DNA of 63,296 nt, counting the filler, from Choristocarpus tenellus KU-1152 (taxonomy: Eukaryota > Protista > Phaeophyceae): assembly GCA_964200185.2 (NCBI GenBank). It is 12 parts of 12 records of this genome, joined end to end, with 100 filler letters (N's around TTAATTAATTAA, not from the genome) between each part and the next. Parts side by side here need not be neighbours in the genome. Positions count along the whole stretch, not along the records: positions 19,374 to 24,365 come from CAXNAD020012251.1; positions 24,466 to 32,196 come from CAXNAD020005669.1; positions 32,297 to 37,405 come from CAXNAD020011839.1; 9 more parts are not named here. One strand, given 5' to 3'. This document shows positions 21,921 through 35,200 of the stretch, one piece after another (the first letter of the stretch is position 1; every line of letters begins with the position of its first letter). The notes under the pieces were generated by a model, which was given only the letters and a program-made list of their open reading frames with translations, was not told the origin of the DNA and ran no database searches. Made by a program: the position numbers and the translations under genes.

Positions 21921-24295
21921 GAGGGAGTTCCATTCGGTAAGGTCGGGCGGAAAGCGATAATTGTACACAGGAAACACGAGCGTGTCAATCGGAATCTCTC
22001 AATCAAATGGGTAAATCAGGGACGTGCTCATCGGCGAAGGAGAACGACGAACAGTCTGGAGGTACAGGGGCGAGAACCATCATGTGCGGGGAGGGGCTCT
22101 TTTTTTTTTTTTTGTACTTCACTTCTTGAAGTAATAAGACCAGACCCCCCCACCCGTACAGAAAAAAATTTATACACACATCACAATGGAAATAAAGAAT
22201 TAAAACAAAAAACAGGGCAGACTGCTATCGTACCAGAGATTGTTCTCTGGTGAGAAGCATGCCCGATTTGGGTCAATGCTCTACTACTGCTGTAGCAGAG
22301 CATATTGAACCATACTCGGGAGTCACTTCCCCTGGTCAGCATTGTTTCAGTTTTTCAAAACAGTTCGCGGGGCAGAAACACAAAAAAGCGCGATATTGGG
22401 AAGGCGTTTCTCGTGGCTTTTGGAGTGGGTAGTGTAGAATGGGTAGACTGAGTTGGGTTTCGATGAGATTTTAGCGTAACCTCACACATATGTATGTATT
22501 AAAAAAAAAGACAGACCCCCCCCCCCATGACAAAACAATGAAAGTCCGATACCATCTTTGTGCATTTATAGCCCGCCGGCAAACTCTTCGAACCAATGCT
22601 GAACAGGGGACTTCTACACTTTCTTCCTCCCCTACTGCCAGCGCACATACACACCGTATGGCACGCTCTTCAATCGAGCTACGACCTAAGTGATCATAAC
22701 TCAACAGGCACACCATCTCAACTCGGCCAATCGCCTTCTCCCTCCCAGCAACGCATGTGTGCATCCCAGTTCAAAGAACCTACTTCATCTAGTGACCTGC
22801 ATGTACAGTACAGAACCCTCTCTACATCCAACACACACACACACACACGTGCATGGCACAGTGGTGTTCTTCGCATTAAAATAGCAGTTCAATCGTTAAT
22901 CTCAGCTGTGTGAATAAAAGCCTTTCAAAGGTGCACCAAACTCACTCCACCTATGAGCAAGTATTTTACTTTCACACACCGGGATGTCAATATGCTGTAG
23001 CGCTCTCGAAGTGCACACACTACTATTGCTGTCTCTCCTCCTGAATCTGACAGGCTCCACCCTTGAGGTACCTGTGAGGGAGTTCCACGAGTGATCGAAG
23101 GTGTGTGTGTGTGTGTGTGTGTAATGAGGAAGAAGGGGGCGGGGGAGCGTAATGATGTTAGGATTAAACCTTGGGCCTGCTACAAAAGAGTACAGGTTTC
23201 CAACGTACTGTTCAACTCTTGGTGATTTGAGAGAGACATTCCATACTAGCCAAAACATGGCTTCTAGTGATGACCATTGCATTCAGTTACTTTATGTACT
23301 TTGTCAAAGTCGAAGGTGCATGATTTCAAGGAAGGCAAGGAATTTTGACAGCAAAAACATTCCTCTGAGGGAGGGTCATTCAAGACGTAAAATAAGCTAA
23401 CCAATGAAATACCAATACCAATACTTGAAGATTCCACTTCCTGCAGGTCCTCCTTGTTTAACCAATACGAGCACTCCCCTCTTCCCCCTCTCCCATCTCC
23501 TGACTCAAGAACACACCCCTTTCTACTCACACCATCCATCCTGCAATTTGGAAACACTAGAACCATATCAACAAGCACCCCCACCAAGCAACAGAGCACA
23601 AATGCCAGCATTCACTCTAACCAATCTATCCATAGACAGTTGCATCTACGCAAAGCATCATGGCACCATGACCTCACATACCTCAATCTGTAGCTCATAT
23701 GAACTACTACCCAGGCCTGCGGCTTCAACAGTATCAGTCAAGCTGTGCAAGCCTCTGTCATCATTTTGTGCCCTTCCTCTGCCTTCAGCAACCATACCAC
23801 CCTCCTCCTCCTCCTCCTCCTCATCTTCCGATTCATCGCCCCCCCCCCCCCCCCCCCCCCTCCCCCCTGGCCCACATCGTCATCGCTGTCACCATCCTCA
23901 CCACCAGCATTGGCACCGATCCCACTTCTCACCTCACTCCCCGCCTCCGACGCACGACCATTGCCCCCCTCCCCTCCACAGATGCTACTACTACTACTTC
24001 CCCTTGCATCCAACCCTCTCTTGTCTGCGACCATCAGATCCCCTCCCACGACGCGTTCATTCCCATCACAACACTTACTCTCCATACCCTGACTGTTCTC
24101 CATGCCAAAGTCACTGTTGCCGCCCACTACAGTCTTTTCGACTACCACTGCGCCACTGTCAGAGGTCTTTCGGAGGCCCTGCTCAGTATCGGTGCCAATG
24201 TCTGAGGTATCTGGCTGTGGCACCTGTGGGATGCCTGGCACCAGGATGGTAAAACACTCCTCCATTTCTCTCAGGAGTGTATACAGCTCAGCCAC
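21214..24295 (-). CDS. UVSSA: UV-stimulated scaffold protein A homolog, 3' part (5' exons lost in gap)
   Basis: Exons 24295-23682, 23071-22980 and 21736-21214. Motifs LREMEECFTILVP, acidic tract, GLGSSSYELQIE, VCALRERYSILTSRFVPLLQDWIRTLSGI and LLRRALSARNAV...RYLDL are collinear with the UVSSA middle region as recalled (ESCFRLLVP, GLGSHKYTLDVE, KFLPAVCSWI, LKRAIDLK). One-base frame slip in the poly-C run at ~23838-23867. Confidence 0.82.
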
Positions 24296-24999
24296 CTGCG
24301 TAACCCCCCCCCCCCCACCCCAGCCAGCGGTGGGAGGAGAAGGCGAAAAAATCAAAGCATCAACANNNNNNNNNNNNNNNNNNNNNNNNNNNNNNNNNNN
24401 NNNNNNNNNTTAATTAATTAANNNNNNNNNNNNNNNNNNNNNNNNNNNNNNNNNNNNNNNNNNNNCTAATTTTGATCCAAATGGACACCCTGGTCTAGAT
24501 CCCCCCCCCCCTCCCAGATACTTTGGGTCATTGTGTTACGTGAATGTTGTGATAATTGGTGATACTGTTGAAATATCTCGGAGTCAAAGTAAACGAGAGT
24601 TACTCGGAGTAGCTTTTTAAGGATGGCAACAATTACGTGCAAAACTCGCATTTTTTCATCAAATAATGTGCGTAGGGTATTTCTTGAATTATTGTGTGAA
24701 AAAGCTTCCAACAGTACAGAAGTAAACATGCTCAAATTAAACTCAGAACGTCATCCATAGATACAATGAAGATACGGGTGAAGTGCAGAAGATAAAAAAG
24801 CAGACGTAAAAATTCAAAACGGCCAAAACTCGGGTACTTCTTATTTACTTCAGAAGCAGCAGTCTTACTTAAGGAGTGCTGAAGAAATGGTACCTTGTCT
24901 CACATCAATTTTTTTTAGTCTACCTTGACCTCATCACAGAATAGTCTATAACTCAATGCGTTCATTTGCGTTCATTTTTGCATCACTGTTTCATGGGAA

Positions 25000-25960
25000 A
25001 ATATAACAACCCAAAAACAACGCCTCCTGGAAGAAGAGCCCAAATAAGTGCCATACACATGGACTCCCCACTTATTTTGGAAGGGTTTATCGGGTACCCA
25101 ATGGGTACAGAAGACGTGTATACCCCCCATCTCAACCAACAATCTCCAAGATTTGTACTGAAGAGGATGGAAAATGCGAGCACGAAACTCAAACCCAGCA
25201 CAAGTAAGTTTAAATGTTCCACCACTTACTTGACGACTGTATAATTACTTTGAAGTAGTGGAACCTTTGGCTGTGCATCAAACTCCCTTTTCGAAAGGTC
25301 TTTCCATTGTCATATCGATCACCAGTACACTGGATACCCCAGGGTGTGGTACAAAGCTTGAACCACTTTTTGCAGTAAGGGACATCATTATCTTCGATCC
25401 TTTTTACGCTAGTCTTCCTTTACTGTTTCACCCAAGAAAATGGAAAACAACGGAGGACTCCAAATAAAATAATTACCAAAGTTTTTCATCACACCCAGGT
25501 ATGAGAAGCAAACCCTGACTGCTCCTAGTGAGACTACAACACCGTCCATCCAGTCCACCACACTCCGTCTCCTGATCTATCTAGTGTTACAGGTAGACGA
25601 GAGCTGATTGTGGTGACCCGCATTGTCTTAACTCCTTCACAAGAGTCCTTCATACCCCCCTTTGGATGCACTTGCAGCAACATGAATCTTTTCCTTCATC
25701 GCAAAGACCCACTACCACTGCCCATGTGGATTGAGTCAAAGCATACACTTCGTGTACTGTTCAACTGCATGAGGAGTGGACAAAAAGAGGTATACCTCTT
25801 TTAATTTTATTTTAAGGAGAGTACAAAATAGGTCGAAAGAAAACCACTTTTTCACCAATACATTAATTATACCCCATTTGATCTGGAACAGAGGGATATA
25901 CCCCATGCCATTTACTATTCGGAACTGGTACCACCTTCCGGGCTTGTACGACCCTCAATA
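25000..25960 (-). mobile_element. Decayed Ty3/gypsy-like pol/integrase relic
   Basis: Stop-riddled fragments such as VCFDSIHMGSG...KDSCEGVKT and VVQALYHTLGYP resemble integrase core and zinc-binding segments; recognition is weak. Confidence 0.3.
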
Positions 25961-26749
25961 GTACCCCTTTGTGTCTAAATGTCTTGAAGGGGTACTCTGA
26001 AAGGATCGCCTACATGGTAGAATCCCTTTCCAAACCTTCCAAAATAAATCTGCTATGTCTATAAATACTAGAGAAAGAGAACAAAATCAAGGATTTTTTT
26101 GTGTCGTAAAAATAGTGTGTTTTGTAATTAAAGTAAAATACTATTCTTATTTCTACAAGGTAGGCCGATCTCTTTGCAATGGCAAACATAATCTTATCTT
26201 TAACAATGAAATTGTTTCAGTATCCTTGGATGGACAGGTTGGAAGCGGCACGGTTCAATGTTGTGACAGTTTTTTTTTTATATTTTTCTACACGAGAATC
26301 AGATCATGAGCAGAGCATCCTCTAGAATTCACATGATGAAGTTGAGGAAAAACAACTGCAGTGACTCCACTGTACATGTGATATTTCTCAGATCTTTTAT
26401 ACAAAATAGCCCTAACCCTCACTCTACGACCAATGCTACAGTTGCACCAGAAATGCCTGACATGTTTCAAATACTACAACCAACCCTAGTATCATCCATC
26501 TGGGTGCAGACTAAATAAATGAGGTGAGGCGGGGGGAGAGTGTAAGAAGACCTTTCATTTTTTTTCTTCTCCGGGACGGACAGAAACGATTTATTTAATA
26601 TTTTCATTAAAAATACTTTTTTTTTGTTGCAGCAAACAAAACAACATAAGGGAGCAAAGGCATTCATTTCATCCCTCACACGCCGGTCACTACCAACTAC
26701 AACCCACCAGCAACCCCCATAAAAGAATCAAGACCTGCTTCTGTCGAGC

Positions 26750-27230
26750 GACACCATCAAAAACAATTCAAACGAGCCAAGTCCATTTCCTGTCCCGACC
26801 TCGATCCAGAACATGTGTCGGATGCAACCCCATTCAGATCACTGCTCTGAACACAATAGAAATTATAATATGGTGCATAATCACTCAGGTTACATACATG
26901 GTGTGGATGAAAAAAGCATTGTGTATACATAATACCAGCCAGGTCTCTTACCGTCTTAGCGGACACAAAAGCTGCTGCAATACTGTCTGTCTTCATGGAA
27001 ACAAGACACTTATGATATCCCTGTTTCAACATCAACAAAAAGGCCTCTCCACTCCTCTCCACCCTACAACAGGCTCCTCATGCTCGTACGCTTGTTGAAA
27101 TCTCTCTCGACCAGACAATGACTCTCTCCTCCCCACGGAAGGTTTTCAAAACAAGTAGCCTTTGCGGGGGCCTCTTACAAAACACAACCAAACAAGCCAC
27201 AAAAAAACTTTAACAACCAGGGATTCACTC
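26750..27230 (+). mobile_element. Possible decayed RTE-type LINE 3' fragment
   Basis: TIEIIIWCIITQVTYMVW...YRLSGHKSCCNTVCLHG loosely follows the post-RT E.LLYGC.TW....LR..H...L.RC pattern. Confidence 0.25.
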
Positions 27231-27809
27231 CACTCTCTTCCAAAACAAGATCAGACGCAGCAGCACATACAATTTTTTTTTAAAAACCTTGTCCTCTCCT
27301 CCTTTGCCTCCTTGCCCAACAGATGCAAGGAACGGGTGATACCTCTTTGGAGACTCTCAAGGCCACCAGAGGCAAGAAAGGACACCACCATTCCCTCCAC
27401 AGCAAACAACAGCAGCAGCAATACCACTACCAAACGCACTGCATCAACGAACCCAAGCACACCGCATCTCCAGTGAATAAAAAGACCTTGCAATATTTAC
27501 AAAACCCATCCTCCAACAAAGAGGAGACTTATGTCTGTGATGGCCCGTCCGCCACCCTCTCCCTGCTTGGCTACCATCCACCTTTCCCTTCTTATGTCAA
27601 ACACCTCCACTGACCTGCAAGGCATTTGCAAGAGACACCAATGCCCCCAGATGATGCACACAGCACCCAAAATAGAGCAGGACAAAGGAGGCAAAATGAG
27701 TCAGTTTTGCAGGACTTCATAGGGACAAACAGTCAACGTAATGGTGGTGAGTGCAATCGCAGCAAAGTAACCCTGCTCAAAAATGAACAATGCACTACAG
27801 TAAGCCTGT

Positions 27810-27935
27810 CGTGAAAACCTGAGGTTATCCCATGAACGCCTGAGATCTTCCCGTGAAAACCCAAGATTACCCCATGAACGCCTGAGATTTTCCTGTGAAA
27901 ACTCAAGATTATCCCCGTGAAAGCCTGAGACTCTT
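27810..27935. repeat. ~21/42-bp degenerate tandem repeat immediately upstream of (CCCTAA)4
   Basis: Alternating CGTGAAAACCYRAGATTAYCC and CATGAACGCCTGAGAT units, about three dimers. Confidence 0.8.
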
Positions 27936-29396
27936 TTCTACGATTGTAAGACTTGGAGGAACCCTAACCCTAACCCTAACCCTAACCGCCTTGATAACAA
28001 CTTGGAATCAATCTCTAGAATCTTCGAGGCCACTAGGTGAAGACAGGCGGGTGTGCAGGCATCTTAGTGGTGTGTCCTAATCAGTTCTGCACCAAGTCCA
28101 GCCTATCAGCTGGCTGCCCAGTAGTTTCCACGGCTGCCCTGGGCCACTCGGAAGCGCCACAAAAATAAATAAAAAAATGCAAGTGCTGCATGTTCCCCCC
28201 ATGCTGATTGATAAACAAGCCTATTCAAGGTATCTACCGCGTGAAGAAAAAAAAACCCCAACCGGAACAAGAAGAGTTGATGGACAACGAATGACAACAA
28301 AAGACTACTGAAATCACTGAACTACTCCGCTGTAAGAAGACAACCGAAGCAACAGAGCTGTCTTCAGGTCCTGTAAACACCTGTTGAACATACACAAAAG
28401 CAATGAGCCATACTTCCCAACAGCCTAGTCATTTGCTACAGCCGGTCAACCCAAGCCTCTGACGGAATCCGACCCCATGCCGACGGAATATCACATTTTT
28501 TTTAATTTATTTATTTATTTTTAAATAACAAATCTCCAATTTTCTGAGAGACATCCACCAACCAAAACTGTCCTCTGTTCCACGATTTAAAAAAAAACAA
28601 AAAGCAATGGCACCATAACAAAAAACGGATTGCGCACATAACTCAAGACTCGTAACAGGTGGAGGAAGCGGCAAATGAGGTCATCCCCTAACCCTAACCC
28701 TAACCCTAAACCCAACCCTAAATCAGGTCCACCAGAGGGATGCTACACAACATCACACACACTGCACGGATGTTACCAGGCATAAAACTATCATCTTATT
28801 ATTCCTATTATTACTCCTCCTCCTCCTCCTCCTACTATTATTATTATTTCTACTATTACCGGTCCATCTGGACCAACGCCAGGGGTACTCTTGTGTCCAG
28901 AGTATATGCAACAATCACCGACAACCCCCCCCGCCCCCGCCCCCGGAGAAATAAAAATAAAATAGAGCCAGTCTGCTGGTGGAATATTCCTCCATTCCTA
29001 CCCATCTCGTAACCGCTCTTCGTTAGGGTACACCTCAATCCCGGTACACACTCCCAGAGGGATACAAAAGGTAAATAATAAAATAACAAAGCGACCGACC
29101 ATTTTTTTTAATTTAAATTACACGCACTAACATACACTCGTCTGTTTCGCCAAATATATAATATATACATACATACACACATACATAAATACATACACAC
29201 ATACATGTATACATACATAATACATACATACATACAGCCCAATCACGCCTGTTTGTTTTTTCCATGCGTAGGGGGGACGGGCCCACGAGCAACGCACAAT
29301 AACAAAACAAAAAAAAGCAACCGGCTGCAATTTCCCGGGTGTTGAAATAATTTAGTAGTAGACCCAATTCTTGCCACAACCCGACCCTTTGATCAC

Positions 29397-32196
29397 CGAA
29401 TCAGCCCGTCGGGGGAAGACAGACCCCCCACAACATACAGATGTCCAGATGCCCCAAAGGCTGCTGAGCAGTACGCTCTCCCAAGAGTCATCGAAGGGCA
29501 GTAGGTCCACTTCCCCTCCCTGGGGTCAAACCGTTCCACTGTCTTGTGACCAATAGATCCATTTGCAGTGCCGCCTGAGCAAGGTGGAGGTGCAGGTGTT
29601 TTACCGCGAGCTGGGAAAGGTTTTTCATAATCTCGGGGGGGGGGGGGGGGGGGGGCGGCACATAGAGGTCGGCCGAAATAAGGCCGGGGATGCGTCAACC
29701 TCGATTGCACTCGAGCATAAGCGTTACAGTACCATCTCCCCCCAAAACATCAGCGAGAAGGATTAACCCTAACCCTAAGCATGTTGAAAAGTCGCAATTT
29801 GAAATATTCTAAGCACCATTCCGGTACCATCACACACAGCGATAGACGCATCGGCATTGCAACTGCAGCAGACGATTCCGTAAGTAAGCCCTACTGAAAT
29901 CGTCTGTTAATGTGATGTGTGTGAGAATTGAACCAATCTGACGTCTTTTAATCCCATTTTTCATGGGGAAGTGTGCAGAACGGGAGTGTCACACAACAAG
30001 ATGTTTTAGGTTTGAGAGTTCCAGCAACTCTTTCATTGCCTGCACTCTCATGGGGGAGTGTGCAAAATAGGATAACACTGTGAAACAACTGTTCATCATA
30101 CGGTTCAACAGAGGGAGGGGACCATCTAACCGTCGCTATCTTTGGTAGAGACTTTGCTTGGTATCCTGACAACACCATTCACACAAGCAGACACGTGCTC
30201 ACATCAAACAAATTCTGGTGCACTTTGGCCCAGACCTCCCGGGTTTAAGACGCCGATCAACCTGACGGCCCATACTACCCAACCATACTAACTACGAAGA
30301 TGGCAAAGCTGAACACCTCCATACTACGAAGAATTCCTATGTAAGGAGGCGTTCATCGCATCGGAAGGGCAGAGATTTAAAAAATATACATAATTTTTAT
30401 TTGCATTGTTGCATTGTTGCGTCAGTTACACAGTTACGCAGTTACATAGTGACACAGTGACACAGTGACACACACACACTGATTAATTAGAGCAGAAGGC
30501 TCTTTCCATTCCATCAGTTACACTAGCGTATGTTATGGTCGATCTTTTGACCCATCAAGGGGATGATGCTAGGGCGACATAATTCTAGGAACAATGTTGT
30601 CGCTATAATTTGCGAAGGCGTTTGCGATGCATCTATGCCCGTATGCTCACGCACCAACCGCATAGAGGCGTCCGTGTGGGCCCCATGCCAGGCCCAGGCC
30701 TGTTCGCCTCCTCAGCATGGAGGGCAAAGGCATCCACAAGTCACTTCCTGGGTCAAGCACCTACCACACAGCATGCACCAGGGCAACAAGACGGAAGTAG
30801 GACATCGAGGGGCAGCGAGCGTCTTGGCACTAACCATGGCTGCACATCACCAGAAGCATAGAATCATGCTAACATTGACAGGATTGATCTTATTGGTTAT
30901 TGGTTATTGGTACAGCGAAAGACACGCTCAAGATTCTACCTACTCCACCAACACAAATGTCGTAACACCTGTACCAAACTAACCCTGTTCGGTGTAACTG
31001 TTGTAACTGTAAAATCTGTAGCACAACTCCGGTGTAACTGTCGACGATCTATAGCGCAACTCCTCAATCAACATGGAACAAGTCAACCACTCCACTCCAC
31101 GGCAGCGGCAGAGACCCGTACATACACACCAGTTCCCTCAGAGGCCAAGTGAGAGGCAGTGCTGTAGAATGGTGTTAACGCCAGCGGACACATTTTTCCG
31201 TTAGGGGTAAGGAGTACGCTCACCTCTGCAGAGCTATGGTACAACATATTTCCACCATAGCCCCCAATGGCATACAACTTTCCATCCACATGGGCTGCGC
31301 AGCCTAGACCACATCGCCTCTCAATCATTGAGGGCCCCGGTTTCCAACTCTTTGAACCTGAGCAGAGCACAACCAAACAGGGGCAGATTGGGGTCAAGAA
31401 CCGAAGAGGCAAATGCGTGGAGAATCTAAGATTCATGCGAATCCAAGCACAGCACAACCCAGGCAATGGAACCAAACAGGGGCAGATTGGGGTCAAGAAC
31501 CGAAGAGACAAATGCGTGTAGAATCTAAGATTCATGCGGACCCATAGCATCAACATGCCCACTTACTGACTAGGTACAGCTTCTCAACCTCTGGTAAAAA
31601 AAAGTTACATGCCGTGAAACGTGCACGGGACACTTAATTCGAACTAACTGTGGGTATACAATGCAACAAAGCTCGACCCTGATTCTACCCTACATCCCAC
31701 TATCATATAATGCATGATCTCTCCCAGAAGTGAGTGTGTCTCCTCAGGACCATGCTCGGAACAGCACCATCAGCATTCTTCTAGGTAGAGGGTGTACCTC
31801 ACATTGTCAAACATCAATCACAGGTAATGTAAAACTCCTGCATATCATTAATATCAGACAATGCAGTTACACACACACACACACAACAATATATCTATCC
31901 TGCTTCCCCCCCCCTCCAAATAAAAAAAGCCAGTTCGAGACGCGTACCAGGGTGCAGAACCTCTGTCGATTGAAAAGTGCTGGCGTCAATGTACATGCCA
32001 TCCCCTCCCCCAATTGCGACGAGAGCCCCATGCGGATCAAACGCGGCTCCAAGAAAACATCTCGCAACCTTGAGGGACGGAAGCTGGGTCCACTCCAGAG
32101 TTCGCCTCTCTTTCCCTTTGAATTCCAACGACCGCTGACATGAAAGATGGGCCAAGCTCTGCTGCTGTGAACTATCGCCTCGTGGCCCTCCCCCCC
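29397..32196 (-). CDS. Kelch-repeat (beta-propeller) protein, partial
   Basis: Phase-consistent exons <32196-31948, 31357-31224, 30760-30655 and 29574-~29397 encode four Kelch repeats: WTQLPSLKVARCFLGAA..LVAIGG, WKPGPSMIERRCGLGCAAHVDGKLYAIGGY, WMPLPSMLRRRTGLGLAWGPHGRLYAVGG and VERFDPREGKWTYCPSMTLGRAYCSAAFGASGHLYVVGG. The 3' end is unresolved (GTGATC donor, or stop at 29393). Confidence 0.9.
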
Positions 32197-32296
32197 NNNN
32201 NNNNNNNNNNNNNNNNNNNNNNNNNNNNNNNNNNNNNNNNTTAATTAATTAANNNNNNNNNNNNNNNNNNNNNNNNNNNNNNNNNNNNNNNNNNNN

Positions 32297-35200
32297 GGGG
32301 GGGAGGCTAAGCTGGTGGGAGGTGGAATGAGGGGTTCATGGCCAGCGCGGCATGCAGCCCTTTCGCTGGCAATGGACTTGGTTCAAGCAGAGGCTGCCCG
32401 TGGGGGAACTGCACTTTATTGTGCAGCTGCAGGAGCAGAGTCAGGGGTAAAGCAAGAGGTTGGGGGGGGGGGAGATACTATCTCCACTAACCCCCATCAC
32501 CAGGGGGTGTTGAGTGGAAGGCATGTAACGTTGGGAGAGACAATGTTGACGATGCCATCACCCCTAAGGAGTAACTTGCACAATGGGGGTGCAGGCGGGG
32601 GAGACTACACCAACACCTCCAGGTGGGAGGCAGGGTCATCATCAGAAGATGAAACGCCCAGCCCAGTGGCATCGTTTTCTACAGGTACATTAACACCCGT
32701 AGAGATGATCTTTCAGGCTGCGGTTGACCCGTGTTGTCGCCAGGCGTGCCTGTGCCTTGCCAGCCACCTGAGTTGGCAGGCTGCGTGGGTGAGATCGGCT
32801 TCCACTCCTGTCCTTGCAACAGCTACGCCTGAGTTACTGCTTGCGCAGGAGGAACTTCCTGCATGGGGTGGCAGCAGCAGGGAGGGCAGGGGAGGGGGGG
32901 AGAGGAGGAACTTGCCTGGTGAGGGAGCTAACAAGCATCAAAGGCGGACCCATGTGAAACGAGATTGCCCTCCGGAATCACAGGAATTGGATCGGCAACA
33001 GGCACAGGATGCATGGTGGGCCCCTGGGGCAAGAGCAGAGGCTGCTGAGTTGCTGTCAGAGCTGGTAGAGGGGTACCTGGGACTCTGTGAGCAGGCTGGG
33101 GGTGGGCTAGGGGTCTTAGTAGTGAAGTCAGGCTCTGTAGCGGCCACAGAGGGGCCTTCACTCTTGCTGGATACACTTGAGGGGGCACGCATGCTGCTGT
33201 GTCAAGGCCGAATGGCAATGCACAAGGAGACGGGAGCAGAAAGAGGGGGGTTGGCAAGGGGGTTTCCACGAGATGTGGAGGGGCAGGGAGGACTTGGGTC
33301 TGTACCCTCGCTACAGGAGGCATTCCGAGAACACAATGCTCAAGCACGTCTTGTTCGTATTATGGAACGCCTGACATGGGCCCGGATGTCTACAACTGGG
33401 GGTGAGACTGGGAGAGGGGGCAGGAGCTTCGGCAGCCAGTCGCTCTCTCAGTGGAAGGCGGATGATTATGGCACAGCAGTACTGGCCCTTTTGGGTTTCC
33501 TCACAGACCTCATGGCACGGAATTCCCTCGGAAAAACTGCTTTCCAATGTGCTCTAGCAGAGACAGGTGTGGCGTGGGCCTCGTGGAACAATGCCAGGGA
33601 CGTAACAACTGGGCATGTCTGGGACAATGTGGTTGACGGTTCTGACTCTGGAGCTGACTCTGGGGCCGGATCTGGGGCCAGCTCTGGGGCTAGAATTAAT
33701 GGGAGGCTTGTGGCGCGTGGTATAGGGCCATATGCAGCCTTGGCGGGCCTGGTGAATCCTTTGCCCCCTTCTGCTCTCATCCCTGCCCTCATGGAGATGC
33801 TCCTGGATGGTGCCCGCCTTCCACGGGTCCTATGCCGCTCCTGCCGCCATAGCCTCTGTACTGAACAAGAAACTACCACTTCTCCTGAAGAAACTGTCGC
33901 CGTTTCCGTAGGAGAGGTGTTTGACATGAAAGAGACATCAGCTGAGGTTGGGAATGGCATGAAGGATGGGAGGGGACTGGAACGACCAAGGAGGGACTGC
34001 GGGAGAGATTTTGGGGACAACGCCACCCCAGAGATTAAGAACCCCTTGGTGGTGCCGTTGCTGGTAGGTTTGATGCCTGCCTGGCCTCCAGAAGAGCAGT
34101 GGCTGTTGCTGGCATCATTCCACGAGCTTCTGAGTGTACCAGGAGCTGGGGTGGGCCTGGTGAACCGCTCTGTTTGCTGTGATGTAAAACCCTCTCTTTT
34201 GGATCAGGTGTGTTTGCATCGGGGGTGGGGGGCGGAGTGTGGAGGTATGGGTTTGGGTTTTTTGCCTTGCCTTTGTTACAGAGAGAAAAGAGGTTTTGGG
34301 AGGGATTGTTATATTATCTCTCTTTTATATATATTGCTCCTTTGAAGTGAGAAGAAACTACAGTGCATGTATGTATAATTGATACCCTGTAGTTATTCCT
34401 AGCGGTACGCATGCTTGGAGTTGTGTTTGAGTTTGAGGTGCATGTTTTGTCACTGTTGGAAGAACTTGTTGTGATGGTCCACATGCATCGCTTCAGGCAA
34501 GGGAATGCCTACAGCAGAATGTGGGTGGGGGGTGGGGGACTGTGCCTTTGTTGCAGTTGGGAAGAGCAGAGGTTTGAGGGGAGGAGGTTATCTGTGTATG
34601 TTTTTGGGGCATGTAGTGTAAGTGACTTATGTGGCACACTTTATACTGTGTTGCCTTCTGAGCTGTGGACCACTTTTTGCCTTGGATTGATGCAACATGA
34701 TCATTTGTTCCGAACAGAGTTTTGTACTGGATAGGTACCTCACATAAGATACGTTCTGAAGTAGTTTAGACCTACCACAGTCACCTTGAACTACACTGCA
34801 ACCAACGTGTGACCACACTCTGGCTTTTATTTGCTGCCCATGTTTTGCACAAAGTACGGACCTACCTTGGAGGCACAGTATTATGTGAAGAGACCCTTCC
34901 CCTGTTTCTGTCTTCCTGTTCAAGTAGCCAACAGTGTGAATATATCATGATCTGAGTGGGGGCCTTGTGGCTTGGGCCGTGGTTCAGGGCACATTTTATT
35001 GGTGTGACCCCTTGGGCACTGGCCCTGGTGCCTCTCCCACCTCCCTCCAGGCCCTTCCCCCCTCTCCCTGTCTTTTCTACATGTTGTCCTAGTTCTTAAC
35101 GATTTTTGTTTCATACACTTCTGCTGACCCTCTGATGTTTGCTCCTTCTGTTGACATACAAATTGACCCTCAACCCTCTGCCTCTTTGTGTTTGTCCCAC

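Noticed and set aside
23838-23867. UVSSA pseudogenisation or programmed frameshift
   Set aside because: The one-base slip lies in a >20-nt C homopolymer and is most likely a sequencing or assembly error.
21743-24252. Pro/Gly/His-rich ORFs (21743..22006, 21757..21960, 23404..24252, 23699..24205)
   Set aside because: They are intronic G/C homopolymers or antisense shadows of UVSSA exons.
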